The notes below the pieces were generated by a model that saw nothing but the letters and a program-made list of their open reading frames with translations, was not told where the DNA came from and ran no database searches. Position numbers and translations under genes: made by a program. A DNA stretch of 64,000 nt from Azolla caroliniana (lineage: Eukaryota > Plantae > Polypodiophyta), in assembly GCA_043228905.1 (NCBI GenBank), contig JBHGNT010000004.1:7874001-7938000 (forward strand). The letters run 5' to 3'. Positions 11,201 to 23,300 of this stretch are shown here, piece after piece. Numbering within the stretch: position 1 is the stretch's first letter; each line of letters starts with the position of its first letter.

Positions 11201-14200
11201 TATTTCGGGCGCAAGCCGAATTTGAGACACCTTCGGATATTCGGTAGCATTGCATATGTGCATGTGCCGGATGAGAAGCGGAGGAAGTTGGATGCAAAGT
11301 CGGAGAAATGCATCATGGTCGGTTACTCGCATGAGCAAAAGGGGTATAAGTGTTATAACCCCCGGACGAAGCAGGTCCGAGTTAGCCGGGATGTTGAGTT
11401 TGGTGAGACGGCATCATGGTATGCCTTACCGGCTCCGACTTCGAACCCCGACCCGATACCGGAGGATGAGGCTAGTGAGCCTGAACCAGTCCAGTTAGAA
11501 GACCAAGGGTACGAGACTCTAGATATGAGTCCGGAATCGTTTCGGTTGAGCGGGCCGAATGAACAACTGAGTCGGGATGACCAGTCGGATGAGGAACTGA
11601 CGAGTAGTGGAGACTCTGCCATGCTCTCCCCACGCAAGGAACCGAGGAGACGGTTCACGCGCAAGGAAAAGGGGAAGAGGAAGATGCCGGAACACGAGAC
11701 CGGCAATGGTGAGTCGGATTGGAGCAGATCCGACTCCGAAAAAGAAGAAGGCGGATCTTTGGCAATGAACACCGAACCGGCCAAGAAGGGCCTGAAACCG
11801 GGTAATACCAAGTTACACCGGTCTTCCCGCCTGAAGAAACCCGTGAAGCGGTACGGGTACGATGAGTACATGGCGCATCACTATGCATACATGACCAAGG
11901 TCGTGGAAGTGCATGAGCTGAAGAGCTATGCAGAAATGACAAAGGACGCAAATTGGCGTGCCGCTATGGAGGAAGAAATGCGGGCACTTGATGCCAACGA
12001 CACATGGGACCTAGTTGACCCTCCCCGACACTGTAAACCGATCGGATGTAAGTGGGTGTACAAGGTAAAGTACAATGCCGACGGTTCGGTTAACCGGTAC
12101 AAGGCCTGGTTAGTGGCAAAGGGATACGCACAGACCCACGGAATTGACTACGATGAGACCTTCGCTCCAGTAGCGACGTTGATGACGGTTCGTGTGGTGC
12201 TGGTGGTTGCTGCGGCAAGGGGGTGGCATCTTCACCAGATGGACGTGAAGAATGCATTTCTTCAAGGCGATCTTGAAGAAGAGGTCTTTATGACCCAACC
12301 CCCCGATTTCCAGTCGGAGATGAACAAGTCGGCGGTATGCCGGCTGAAGAAGTCACTTTATGGCCTGAAGCAAGCCCCTCGAGCTTGGAATGTGAAGATC
12401 ATGCACCGGTTGCGTAAGGTGGGGTTTGCGGCCTCCAAGTCTGACTCTTCGTTGTTCATCCGGCAAGGTCCGGATGGTCCGGTTTGCATCTTGTTGTATG
12501 TTGATGATCTAGTCATCACCGGACCCGGACTCGATGAAATCAGCCGAGTCAAGTCCCAGGTGTCGGACGCATTTGAGATGAAGGACCCGGGGGACCTTCA
12601 CTATTTCCTTGGGATCGAGGTGATCCGAACCCCCGACGGCATATTGCTCTCACAAAGACACTATGTGTTGAATATGCTGTACAAGTTCAGCATGACAGAA
12701 TGCCGACCAATCTCCACACCCCTGGACCGGAACCAGAAGCTCCGTCTCGACTCCGGATCGGCCTACGATGAGAAGAGGTTCCGAAAAATCGTCGGAAGCC
12801 TTATATATTTGGCAATCACCCGATTCGACATCAGTTGTCCGGTCGGCGTGATCAGCCAATATATGCAAAAGCCGACCGTGGAGCACCTTCTGTGCGTGCA
12901 TCAAATTTTGCGATATGTGAGCGGCACGAAGGACCGGGGACTATTATGCCGGCATGGTATAACCAAAGAGCTAGTCGGCTACACCGATGCTGACTGGGCC
13001 GGCGATGCATCGGATCGCCGATCCACCTCCGGCTATATGTTTTCCCTTGGTAGTGCGGCTGTTGCATGGAGCAGCAAAAAGTCGCCAATAGTGGCCCTTT
13101 CGAGCACTGAGGCTGTATATCGGGGCACTACCATTGCCACATGTGAAGCCATTCGGCTTCGGCGACTGCTGCAAGACCTGCGGATCGAGGTGCCGACCCC
13201 TATCCTGATCTACTGCGACAACATCAGCAACATGCAACTCGCCAAGAACTCCGTATTCCATGCTCGCACAAAGCACATAGAACTGCACTACCACTTTGTG
13301 CGTGAGCGTGTCCTGAGTGGTGAAGTTGAACTTTGGTATATTCATACGGATCGGCAAGTTGCCGACATCTTCACCAAACTGCTCGGATCGGACAAGTTGT
13401 AGCACTTCACTGAAATGCATGGTGTTCAACATCTCGACATGCCACACTTGAGGGGGAGAACGGGCAAAGACACTGGAACGGGCAAAGGCAAAGAAACTAC
13501 TGATTGCGCCGGTGAGGGAAGAACCGACAAAGGGAGAGACAAGAAGAAGAAAGGAGCTGAGTCGACAAAGGAAGTTGACACATCCGAACAAGTCGGAACA
13601 AGCGGCAGCGGCAGCAGAGTCAAGAAGGACAGAGCCGACCGGAAGAAGAACGCCAAGACCTGGACATGGTCCGATGTGGTGAAGGGCTTAGAACTGGAAG
13701 ACGAATCGGGAGCGACCGATTCGGACAAGAGATGGAACGAATAAGAGACAACTGATTCAGTTCAACAAAAGGATTTAGAAGAACCGGATCAATTCAAGGC
13801 CGAGAGGATGAGAAGGTAGCGAAAGTCGACCTCGACATAAAGGAATCGGCGAATCGGCAAGCGCTAAAGTCACAACAGCAAGGGAGCTGAATTGGGCCTG
13901 TGGAGTAGAAAAGCCGATCGAGGAGGTCGAGGTGCGCAGAATCAAAAGGGTAGCGGCAAACCGGACCAGATCGGATGAGGAGCGCAAGTGAGGCGGAGTG
14001 ACGCTAGAAGGAGCCGGGTGGAAGGACCAACTGCCATGGAGACTAACACTACGATCCGACCTCAAGTTGAGCTTGAGGGGGAGTGTTGAGTAGCAAGCTC
14101 AACTAGATCCAGATCGGCTGAATAAGCCTGAGCTGGATCGGTATCTGAAAGGATGAGCCAGATCGGTGAGCCGGTGAGTTGGGGAGCCGGTTAGCTGGAT

Positions 14201-14400
14201 CAAGTAGTAATCGGAAGCCTAGTAGCAGCCTAGACTACTAGGTAGTTAATGTCTCGTAGTTAGTGTCAGACGCTCATGTGAGCATTGAAGTAAATTGTAC
14301 TTCTGTCAGTCCTCTTAGGACTTGTATAAATAGTGCTGTTGAGCACGTTGAATGTACAGAGAATTTTATAGAGTTATTGATAATATATTTAAGTTGTTCT

Positions 14401-14440
<40 letters not shown>

Positions 14441-14528
14441 GCGTACCTTCTGTGTGTTAATCTCTCTCTCTCTCTGTTGCTATCCGGCTAAGCCGGTTGT
14501 CTAACGCCTCCACACCTTCGTTTCTACA
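8268..14528 (+). mobile_element. Element D: full-length Ty1/Copia LTR retrotransposon inserted in RNase H of B (5' LTR 8268-8646, 3' LTR 14084-14528)
   Basis: TSD ATTCC both sides; PBS TGGTATCATAGC 8647-8658; PPT GAGGGGGAG 14075-14083; domain order gag-PR-IN-RT-RH. Confidence 0.96.
8739..13744 (+). pseudogene. gag-pol of Copia D (frameshifts, stops, two internal duplications, charged C-terminal tail)
   Basis: LDRSNYASWSYKM gag, WYVDSDSSNHM protease, LRSDGGKEY and TPEQNGVAER integrase, LLYVDDL RT, GYTDADWAG RNase H. Confidence 0.93.
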
Positions 14529-15029
14529 ATTCCAATATATTACGCTAGTCGGAAGTTGTTGATGGCCAAACGCAATTATTCGACAACCGAACGAGAAGCT
14601 GTAGGGATGATTTATTCTGTGAATAAGTTTCGGCACTATCTTCTAGGCCATAAATTTACATTTCATGTGGATCACTCTACTTTACTTTACTTAGTATCGA
14701 AGCAATCATTAACCGGTAAATTAGCAAGGTGGATGTTACTCTTACAAGAGTTCGAATTCGATATTATACATCGTCTAGGGGTTCAACACGCAATAGCTGA
14801 TTAGAGTCGGGTGAACTGGGTGAAGGTGTTCGAGATGATTCTTCGGATGCTCAACTATTCAAAGTTGACACGATTAATTCGACGGAGGTTGATGAAGAAT
14901 CGGAGGATTTATGGATCACGGAGATGACTATGTTTCTTAGTACGGGATTGCCTACAGAAGGCATGTCACCAGATGCGTGAAAACGATTGGCAATTCGGTG
15001 TCGAAATTTCTGCCTCATGTCCTTTGAAC

Positions 15030-16518
15030 ATTCTACTCACTAGCACACTCATGATTATGGCTGTTGCGAGTATCACCAAAAATGATAGAAATATCGGCAC
15101 CATTGTTCTAGACCTCATTATTTTTTATGATTGATTAATGCTTTTTGACCTTGCTAACGTTGAGAAATTTTCCACATGTATCATAAATGGACATGCACGA
15201 TTATTATTGAGTCATTATTATGAGTGGTGGATATTGAAGAGACACTAATAGAATATTCTATTCTTACGTCTCTTTGTCTCGAGTTATGGACCGTTGTCAC
15301 ATGAAAACCTTTTCAGCTCGTTTTCTTGACAGAGAAAAGCACAGAGAAACCCTAGTATACATGGAGTTGAGAAGCCACATATACAAAGACATGAGGGTAG
15401 CTCTCCATGCTTTCCATTCACTACTCGTTTTAACAAGAGGTTCTTTCTCTTCTCCCGTTAGATAGCCATCAAGGCCTCTCCTTGCCAAGGGACCCACAAT
15501 CCGACGCGACCAGCTCAAGTACATGGTCGGTCCATTGAGTTTGAAGTCAATTGGTAGGAGTTTTTAAGTCGAGATGGTGGTTGTGTTCCCATCATATCTC
15601 TAGATGCTAAAATCTCAGCTTGCTTCATGTATTTCACCAATGTTTTCACCTCATCCTCATTCAATTTTGACAACACCTCATCCATCTTCTCAACCTAGAC
15701 TATGTCTACTCTCCTCGTCTGACTTTTGTTCTCAAGTCACCTCTCAATCACATAGCAAGTCATTGTCATAGAAATATGCCACAGAGGAAGGTAGGGATTG
15801 AACCCAAGACCTCATGGTCTCTATTGGGCAAACCCTACCACTTGAGCTACATATGCATCCTTGTATTTAATTCAACTTCATGTAGTATAGATTGAACATT
15901 GGAAGTTCCTAGCTTACATGCATTCTCATTCTCTAGCCTGCATGCATCCTCATGCATTCTCTATTGCATGCATCCTCATGCGTACTCTATTGCATGCATC
16001 CTCATGCACTCTATTTCTAGTTGGCTTACATAGCCCTACCCTCTTGTATAAATACTCATGTGCACCTTGATTCTAATCAAGGTGAACAACACAAGTTACA
16101 GATTCTATAAGTTGAGTTCTTGTTCTTTTCCTCTCTCTTGTTCTCCAGTCTTATCTTCGTTCTACTCTATTATACTTGTCTGTGTCAGTCATCCTAGAAG
16201 GAGAAGCCCCCTTTCCTCTCTTGCATGGTGTTGTTCCGACCACTGTTGCACCAACAGAGGGGCGGATCTAGGGTTTGGCAGAGGGATAGATCTAGGGTTT
16301 GCTAAAGGGGCGGATCTATGTTTTGATACCAAATTGAAAAATGAGAAAACACATTTATTCAAGAATATACATATATGTCACCATAGGAGAGAGAAAATAC
16401 ATAGATGGCTTATTTTTACATGAGGAGAAGGTTCCTCTTTATAAAGGCCAAGATCTGGTCGTTGGGCTAACTAGTTGTTGGGGCTGACTAGCTGTTTGGC
16501 TATAACATCATTCTCAAC
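15030..16518 (-). mobile_element. Decayed Ty1/Copia 5' fragment (short LTR, PBS 16322-16331, gag remnant), interrupted by solo LTR S1
   Basis: TGGTATCAAA PBS on - strand; ORF YLSWSRRI...GLDGYLTGEEKEP...WLLNSM is a Copia gag motif. Outer boundaries approximate. Confidence 0.65.
15764..16187 (+). mobile_element. Solo LTR S1 (424 bp) with antisense tRNA-like module
   Basis: TGTCA...TGTCA termini with perfect 5-bp TSD GTCAT; TATAAATA box; three TGCATGCATCCTCATGC repeats. Confidence 0.88.
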
Positions 16519-16519
16519 A

Positions 16520-17110
16520 CTTCCCATTTGAGTGTTCATGGTGTCGTTTTTCTTCTATGTTCTTGAGCTGGTTTTATTTGATCTTCGGCCTGTGACACAA
16601 CACAATTGAGCGAGTTTTTATCAGACTACTGCACGCTCTGATACCATGTAAAGAAATGAAGGGTGTAGGTGATCTCGTGCATCAGAAGGAAATTTTGTGT
16701 GTGTGTGTGTGAACTTAGAGGCAGAGAACAAGAAGTTGTATTAGCAAGAAATAGTTACAACCAAAAATACATCCAAACATATGGATCAATAGGGAGTTGG
16801 CAGGCCGTTCAGATTGATATTCCTATTCATAGTAATAGGAATATTTTTAGGAGCCAGTGTCAGATGCTCAGTTAATGAGCATTCAAGTACTTGTCGGTAC
16901 TTGTTAGCCCACTATCAGGGCTTGTACAGAAAGTGCTCTCTGAGCACATTTGTATGTATCGAGTATCATTTTGTAATAGATGTTTACTGTTGTCTGCTCT
17001 ACTCAGTCTCTCTCTCTCTCTCACCCTTACTTTGTCTTTACCTAACAGTTGATCTTCCAAATAACCGACTGTGTCCTTCTACGTAACGCTTCCGCACATA
17101 CTCTTTTACA
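16520..17110. mobile_element. Copia LTR debris: - strand PBS (16635-16646) plus LTR end, followed by a + strand LTR fragment related to the element E LTR
   Basis: GCTCTGATACCA followed by TGTAAAG; 16870-17110 aligns by eye to E LTR (caagtact...gtgctc..tgagcac...cttttaca). Confidence 0.6.
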
Positions 17111-19198
17111 AACTCCATCCGGCAAAATCAAACTTGGGACTTGGTTGAATTACTGAAGAATTGATGTGCTCTTCCGTGTAAATGGGTCTATAGATGAAAA
17201 GAGATGTCAAATTCGACCAACCCCAACTACAAGGCCAGATTAGTCATAAAGGGTTTCCGGTAGGAATATGGCGTTGACTTCGATGAAAACTTTTCACCAA
17301 TGGTGAAAATGACAACCCTTTGTTTTTTGTTCGGTGTAGTGGCAATGGATGACTTGGAGTTGATTTAGTTAGATGTAAAAACGACATTCGTCCATGGTGA
17401 CGTAGAGGAGATCTGTATGGAACAACTGATAGGCTTTGCTATTGTTGACTCAAGAAGAGTCTCTATGGCCTAAAACATGCCCCATGGCAGTGGTATAAGA
17501 AGTTCAACAAATTCATACAATCGGTTAGCTTTTCCAGGAGTGATGAAGACGATTGCCTTTTCTCGAAAACAACTCAAGATGGGTCACCCATCTTCCTCAT
17601 CCTCTACGTGGACGACATGCTTCTCTCCGGCCGACATGCCGGAGAGCTTGCCAATCTTGTTCGACAACTGTGATTGAAGTTTTCCATGAAGGTCCTAGGT
17701 ACGACAAGAAACATCTTGGGTATGAAGATAAGCCAACTCCGTAATTGACGAAAATTGTGCTAGTTTCAAGCCAACTACGCTGACCATGTCTTGGAATTCT
17801 TCAACATGCAATCAACTAAATTTGCTTTGACCCCGCTCCCCATTAGTCTTCGGTTGTCTCAACAAGACTGTTCGACATCCGGTCCAGAGTGGTAATCATG
17901 AAGTCGGTACTTTACGCACCGATTGTCGGCTCCCTAAAGTATGCAATGGTCACAAAACAACCAGACATTGCTCGTGTCATAGGAGCCGTCACCAAATTTA
18001 TGCATAACCCTGGTCAATCACATTAGAACCGAGTTTAGAATGTCTTCAAATATTTGGTGGGCACAAAAGACTGACATCCTTTTCAACCCGAACATAATTT
18101 AGACATTGTCAACTACACTGACTCAGACTTTGCCAGCTTCTTGGATTGCCGAAAGTCAACCACCGGCTACTTCATGTTCAACACTAGAGCAATTTCATGG
18201 AAGTCAGAACTTCAAGAGTGCACGACTGCATCAACTACTGGCATTATGGCTCGATCGACTGGTATGCACGTTTCAACAAGCCAACTCCAATTTGGCTCTA
18301 ATGGTCTACAACAACAATTGGGGAGTTGTCGCCTTATTGAAGAACCCAATTCACCACAACGCCTCGAAGCATATCGATGTTCGATATCACTTCGTTTGGG
18401 ACTGCATCACTTTAGGACATCTTGGCCTTGAGAAAATTCCTACGACTGACAATGAGATGGGATGACCAAATGTCTTATGGCTGACTGATTCATGTCACTT
18501 TGGCACCGGATGGGTGTAAGAAGATACCCGTCTGATTAAGTCAAACACGAGGATGGATCTGGACAACTGCTCGCGAATGATAGATGCACACATTTGTTTC
18601 GATCATCTCCCTAAGCCTCATATTATTTCATGGAATTGGAATTCAGCTTTCGACAATCGCCACAGCTAATTTAGCCTCAGTCCTTTAGACTAGTCAATCC
18701 CGCTTTTGTCTTTCAGCCATTACCGATTCAGCCATAAGCCTATTTGTCCAAACATCCTTTTGTATAATTTGTATTGTTTTTCTTTATATTATAGGTTCTT
18801 TCGTTGTATATACCCATTACAAGGGAGTGTCGAATACGGGTGCATAATGGTCATATTCACACTATCCCATTTGGACAAACTAGGTTTAGGACAATTCTAA
18901 AATATAGTAAAGGACAGTTGCCCTCATTCAATTCATATATAAACTGAACTTGTAACCTAGTTTGTAAGGTTGTTGTTGATCGCTTCATTCTTGTATTGTA
19001 ACTTCTGTTGAATAATGTAGTTACTTTGCTTTGTGCCTCTTGGGTTTTTCCTCACTTTGTTTCTTGATCTTTGATCTTGTGTATTGCCAAGTTGTCTTGA
19101 TTGATGTGTTCATTTGATTCTGTATCTAAGCTCAACTTGTTGCTCTTCAAGTTGTGATGTTGTCTTTGTTCTACTCTTGACTATCTCAGACTCCAACA
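17111..19198 (+). mobile_element. Highly decayed Ty1/Copia RT-RNase H with PPT and 3' LTR (18828-19198)
   Basis: QTWDLVEL, CKWVY, ILYVDDML, ISWKSELQEC, HNASKHIDVRYHFV remnants; AAGGGAG|TGTCGAATAC...CTCCAACA; LTR similar to 30228-30591 on the opposite strand. Confidence 0.82.
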
Positions 19199-20353
19199 AA
19201 AGAAACACCTAGGCCCTCCCTCTATACGCCTTTTGGTGTGGGACATTGACAAGCTTCCTTCCAAGATCCTCATTCCTGGAAAAAAAGTGAACAACGAATA
19301 GAAGTGATCAGCACACCGGGGCAATGTTTTGCATGCAAAAAGCTTGGTCAGCTAAAAAGGAATTGCCCCACGAGAGTGACCCCTCAGAAGGAACAAGGGG
19401 TATTTGGCACACAAAACCCCACTTTTCTCATTAAATATTCTACCAAGGAGACCCTATAAGGTTGTCGCACCATAGGGCATCAGAAGCCTCCCCCACCAAT
19501 GTGATGGAATGGCGAGTGGTGGGGAAAACCCATGTCTTATGCAAAACTCCACAGTCACACAATCCTCCATCTCCTTTCAGTCCCAATCGTTTTGATTTGT
19601 TCCAAGTCCAAGGTTAAAGATATGCTATTTAGCCAAGCAATATCTTTTGTAACAAGAATAAGAGATGAAAAACTCATGAACAAACTAAAGAAGCACTACA
19701 ATAACCACAAAATTCTAGTGCACCATGGATAAAGAGGAACCTCATCTCTGCCTCATTCACCTATGGATTATCATAGACACTAAACTAAACCCGAGCTTTT
19801 ACTATTTCTATGGGAAGCTAGATGGGGCTATTGAAGCTCACCGGATAGCCCACAAACTCCACTCATGGATCTGGACCATCGTTCCATCAATGAAAATGAA
19901 TGGATGTCTAAATAGTGAGTGCTCCCCACACACAACCTATTGTGCAAAGCATCAAGAACACCTGGTAACCTCCCACTGTTGGCCGGTCAGAGAAGGCAAA
20001 TGGGAAAGCAAGGTCGGATCGGATAAATATAGAAATAGGAATAGAATTATTAGGAGGGACGGATCCGGTAGTTGTAACCGATCCGGATCTGAACCGATTC
20101 GGTTTCGGTTAACGGTTGCCTACCGAGCACCGATTGTAATCTGGCCGGATGCCTATAAAAGGATCCGATGTTTTGTAATGAAGGGGCGAAGAATTAATAT
20201 AGTTTTGCTTATGCTGATTAATCTTGTCTTCGTCTGTGCTTAAGTGTAAATATCATACGCGTGTATTAACATCCTATCCCTACCACCCCTTTGGAGAAGT
20301 GTCGGATAGACACCTGTGTTGCGGCTAGTCCAGCCATACATACAACACTATTT

Positions 20354-23300
20354 TGGCGACCACGATGGGATGAGCCCGACGGAGAGGCACATGTGTATGC
20401 ATTCCTGCGAACATGGGAAGCCAACCACGTGTCCCAGAGACTGACGGAGCCCGAGGCCGACCGATCCAAAGTCGCCGAATTCGGCATGACATTAGAAGGA
20501 CCGGCGGCCCGGTGGCACGCCAAGCACTTACCAGGCAGCTTCGCCACGTTCGAGGCATTGAAAACCCAGTTTTTACGCTTGTTTCATAGACGAGTGGAAC
20601 AAAGGGAATTGGTCGGACAATTCTACACCACTCGGCAGGGAGAAAACGAGACGGTCCCACAATTTATCATTCGTTTCCAGACCTTGCACAGTCAATTAGC
20701 AAGAGCACCACCCGAAGAGGAGGCCAAGGCAGTCTTTTTGGCTGCGTTAAAAGACCCACTTCGAGCGATGTGTGGAATCCTCGATTTCAGCACCAGCACA
20801 ATGGACCAAGTCATTGATCGGGTCCTGGAAATGGACAACACGAGCCCCTTCTTGCCGATGGGGGCGTTACACCAGGCGCTTCCGAAGGAGGAGGACCTCC
20901 GGTTCCGACAAGCCCTACAATGCACAACATGCCTAAATTCGGGGCACTCGATCGTCGACTGCACCCTACGTGCACAGTGCATGATATGCAATTCTCGCGC
21001 CCACACAACGAACCGATGCGAGTATAACCTGTTAACTCGACAAGCGGCACCGGTCCGACACATAGAACCGCGCAATCAGGACCCGGAAGAGGATCGATTC
21101 CGGAGGGACGACCGCTACCGACGAGAACGCGGCGACAGATACCCCGATAGAAGACGCGACAGCTATGACCGAGAGGAGAACCGAAGGGATAGCTACCCCC
21201 GGGACCGGTACGACCGAGACGAATCCCCGGAATACGAGCGACGCAGAGAAGAAAGGCGGCCAGGGAACCGGAATTTCCGACGGAACCAAAGGCGTGGATT
21301 CTTCCGTAGAGAGGAGCGTCGGGAGGCAACAAGGAATGACAAACCAGTAGCGGCACCGGAGAACCGAAAAACCGAGGACAACCGCCGGGGAATGCCCCTC
21401 CCCCAAACATGGGAAAAAGGAGAATCCAGCAACACGCACAGGGTGTACTGTTATTACTGCCGAAAAGAAGGGCATTACAGTAATCAATGCCCAAGCAAAA
21501 CAGCCGACAAGCAACCAGCAGTCAACATGGTGACAGCCGAAGTACAGCAGGTTACCACGCGGTCGAAGGGGAAGGCCGCCGAATGGGAAGCCCAGGAAGC
21601 AATCAGAAAACAAGCGGCACAATGGATCAAAGAAGCCAACGAACAAGGTGCGGCGGAAGTAAGAAACCAAAATATGCCAAGGGAGGAGGAAATCGTACAG
21701 CCAGGAGAAAACCCGACATGGCAAGCACTACAAGATTGTCAGATCGTGCTGCCGTTGGCACGGTTACTGCAGTTGGTGCCGCGGTTTACAGCAGACTTAC
21801 AAGCCGCCGTGAGCAAACCGACGCCGACGCCATCACCGGCATTTTTCTCCAACCCAGAGGAAGGCCCAGCGGTGGTTGATACCAGTAGCCCAGCAATCAC
21901 GACAATCGTCAAAGGAAAGGAGATTCCAGGAACAATTATTGACGGAGGCTCCGGGGTGAACGTCATTAGTCGACAGACATGCGACGACCTAGGCATCCAG
22001 GAGTGGGAACCATGCCCCTTCTGGTTACGCATGGCGGATACAAGCTCAGTCCGACCAACTGGTCTTATCCGGGACTTGGAAGTAACAATAGGAGGCCACG
22101 TATTCCGAATATCGGCCGTGGTACTAGAGCTGAATGTACAAGGCACATATCCCCTACTGTTAGGATGACCGTGGCTGCGAACGGCGCATATCAAGCAAAA
22201 CTGGCAAAAGAATATGATCACGTTCCGACGAGGGAAAACAAAGGTACGGGTAGCCACGCAACCACGGGTGCTCACTAGCAAGGAGGCAACCCCTTTATAT
22301 GCCGAAAGCATCAACATGTTGGAGGGCTTACCGGATGAGGAAGTTGATCGGTACCCCGAGGAACACCCACAGATCGTCCCACTTTTTGAGGTGGATATCA
22401 CGGCAGCAGTAGAGCCGTACATCACAATGCCGGACGAGCCGGACAAAGTGGCGATCCGGGAACTACGCCAAGCACAGGAAGCCCTAGAAAGAGAAATGAC
22501 GATATCCCAAAGGGTGAAAGCATCCCAGCTGGAAGAGGTGGACCTCGGCACAACAGAACAACCCCGACCGGTAAAAGTCGCGAAGGAATTGCCGAAGGAG
22601 GAAAAACAGGCAATGGTAGCACTGTTAACGGATTTCAAGGACGTGTTCGCATGGTCATACGAAGACATGCGAGGGTTGGACCCCCAGCTCTACCAGCACC
22701 AAATTCATCTAAGTACTGACGCGAAACCCATCGCTCAACGTCGGTACCGGATGAATCCAAACTATGCGGCAAAGGTGAAGGAGGAAATTGACAAGCTTCT
22801 CCGGGTCGGATTTATCCGACCAGTCAAGCAGGCAACCTGGCTAAGCCCAATAGTGGTGGTCCCGAAAAAGAACGGCAAAATCCGGGTATGTGTGGACTAC
22901 AGGAAACTAAATGCCGCGACAGTGACCGACGCTTTTCCACTACCATTCACAGACGGAGTGCTAGATGCGGTGGCCGGCCACGAAGTTTACAGCTTCCTGG
23001 ATGGATTCAGCGGCTACAACCAAATCCGAATGAACCCGGCCGATCAAGAGAAAACAACGTTCGTGACGGAATGGGGAGTGTTCGTCGCGGTCGTGATGAT
23101 GTTCGGATTAAAGACAGCCCCTGCAACATTTCAAAGGATAATTATGGAAATCTTCGGTGATTTTATTCCCGGTTTTATGCAGGTCTTCCTAGACGATTTC
23201 GCCGTCTACAGCCGACACGGAGAGCATCTCGATCACCTACGACTATGCTTAGAAAAGTGCCGCGAGTACCGATTAAGTCTGAACCCGGCTAAGTGCGTCT

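Larger units (their letters stand above)
4250..15016 (+). mobile_element. Element B: degenerate, 3'-truncated non-chromoviral Ty3/Gypsy element (5' LTR 4250-4808, PBS from 4817, gag ~5110-5452, PR/RT/RH 6701-8267 and 14534-15016)
   Basis: TGTT...AACA LTR; PBS TGGCACGCCCGG; gag AHLRAFLTTWQANHVSQRL and RT PIVVVPKKNGKIRVCVDYRKLN homologous to A and C; many stops; interrupted by Copia sequences. Confidence 0.88.

Noticed and set aside
15790-15857. Functional tRNA gene or independent SINE (also 42023-42082, H and I modules)
   Set aside because: No convincing acceptor stem, tail or own TSD; modules are integral to the LTRs and present in both LTRs of H and I.
22166-22168. Programmed stop-codon readthrough between gag and pol of A
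   Set aside because: Falls inside the conserved protease LLGRPWL motif, intact in C; CGA-to-TGA decay is simpler, though B has a stop at the same codon.
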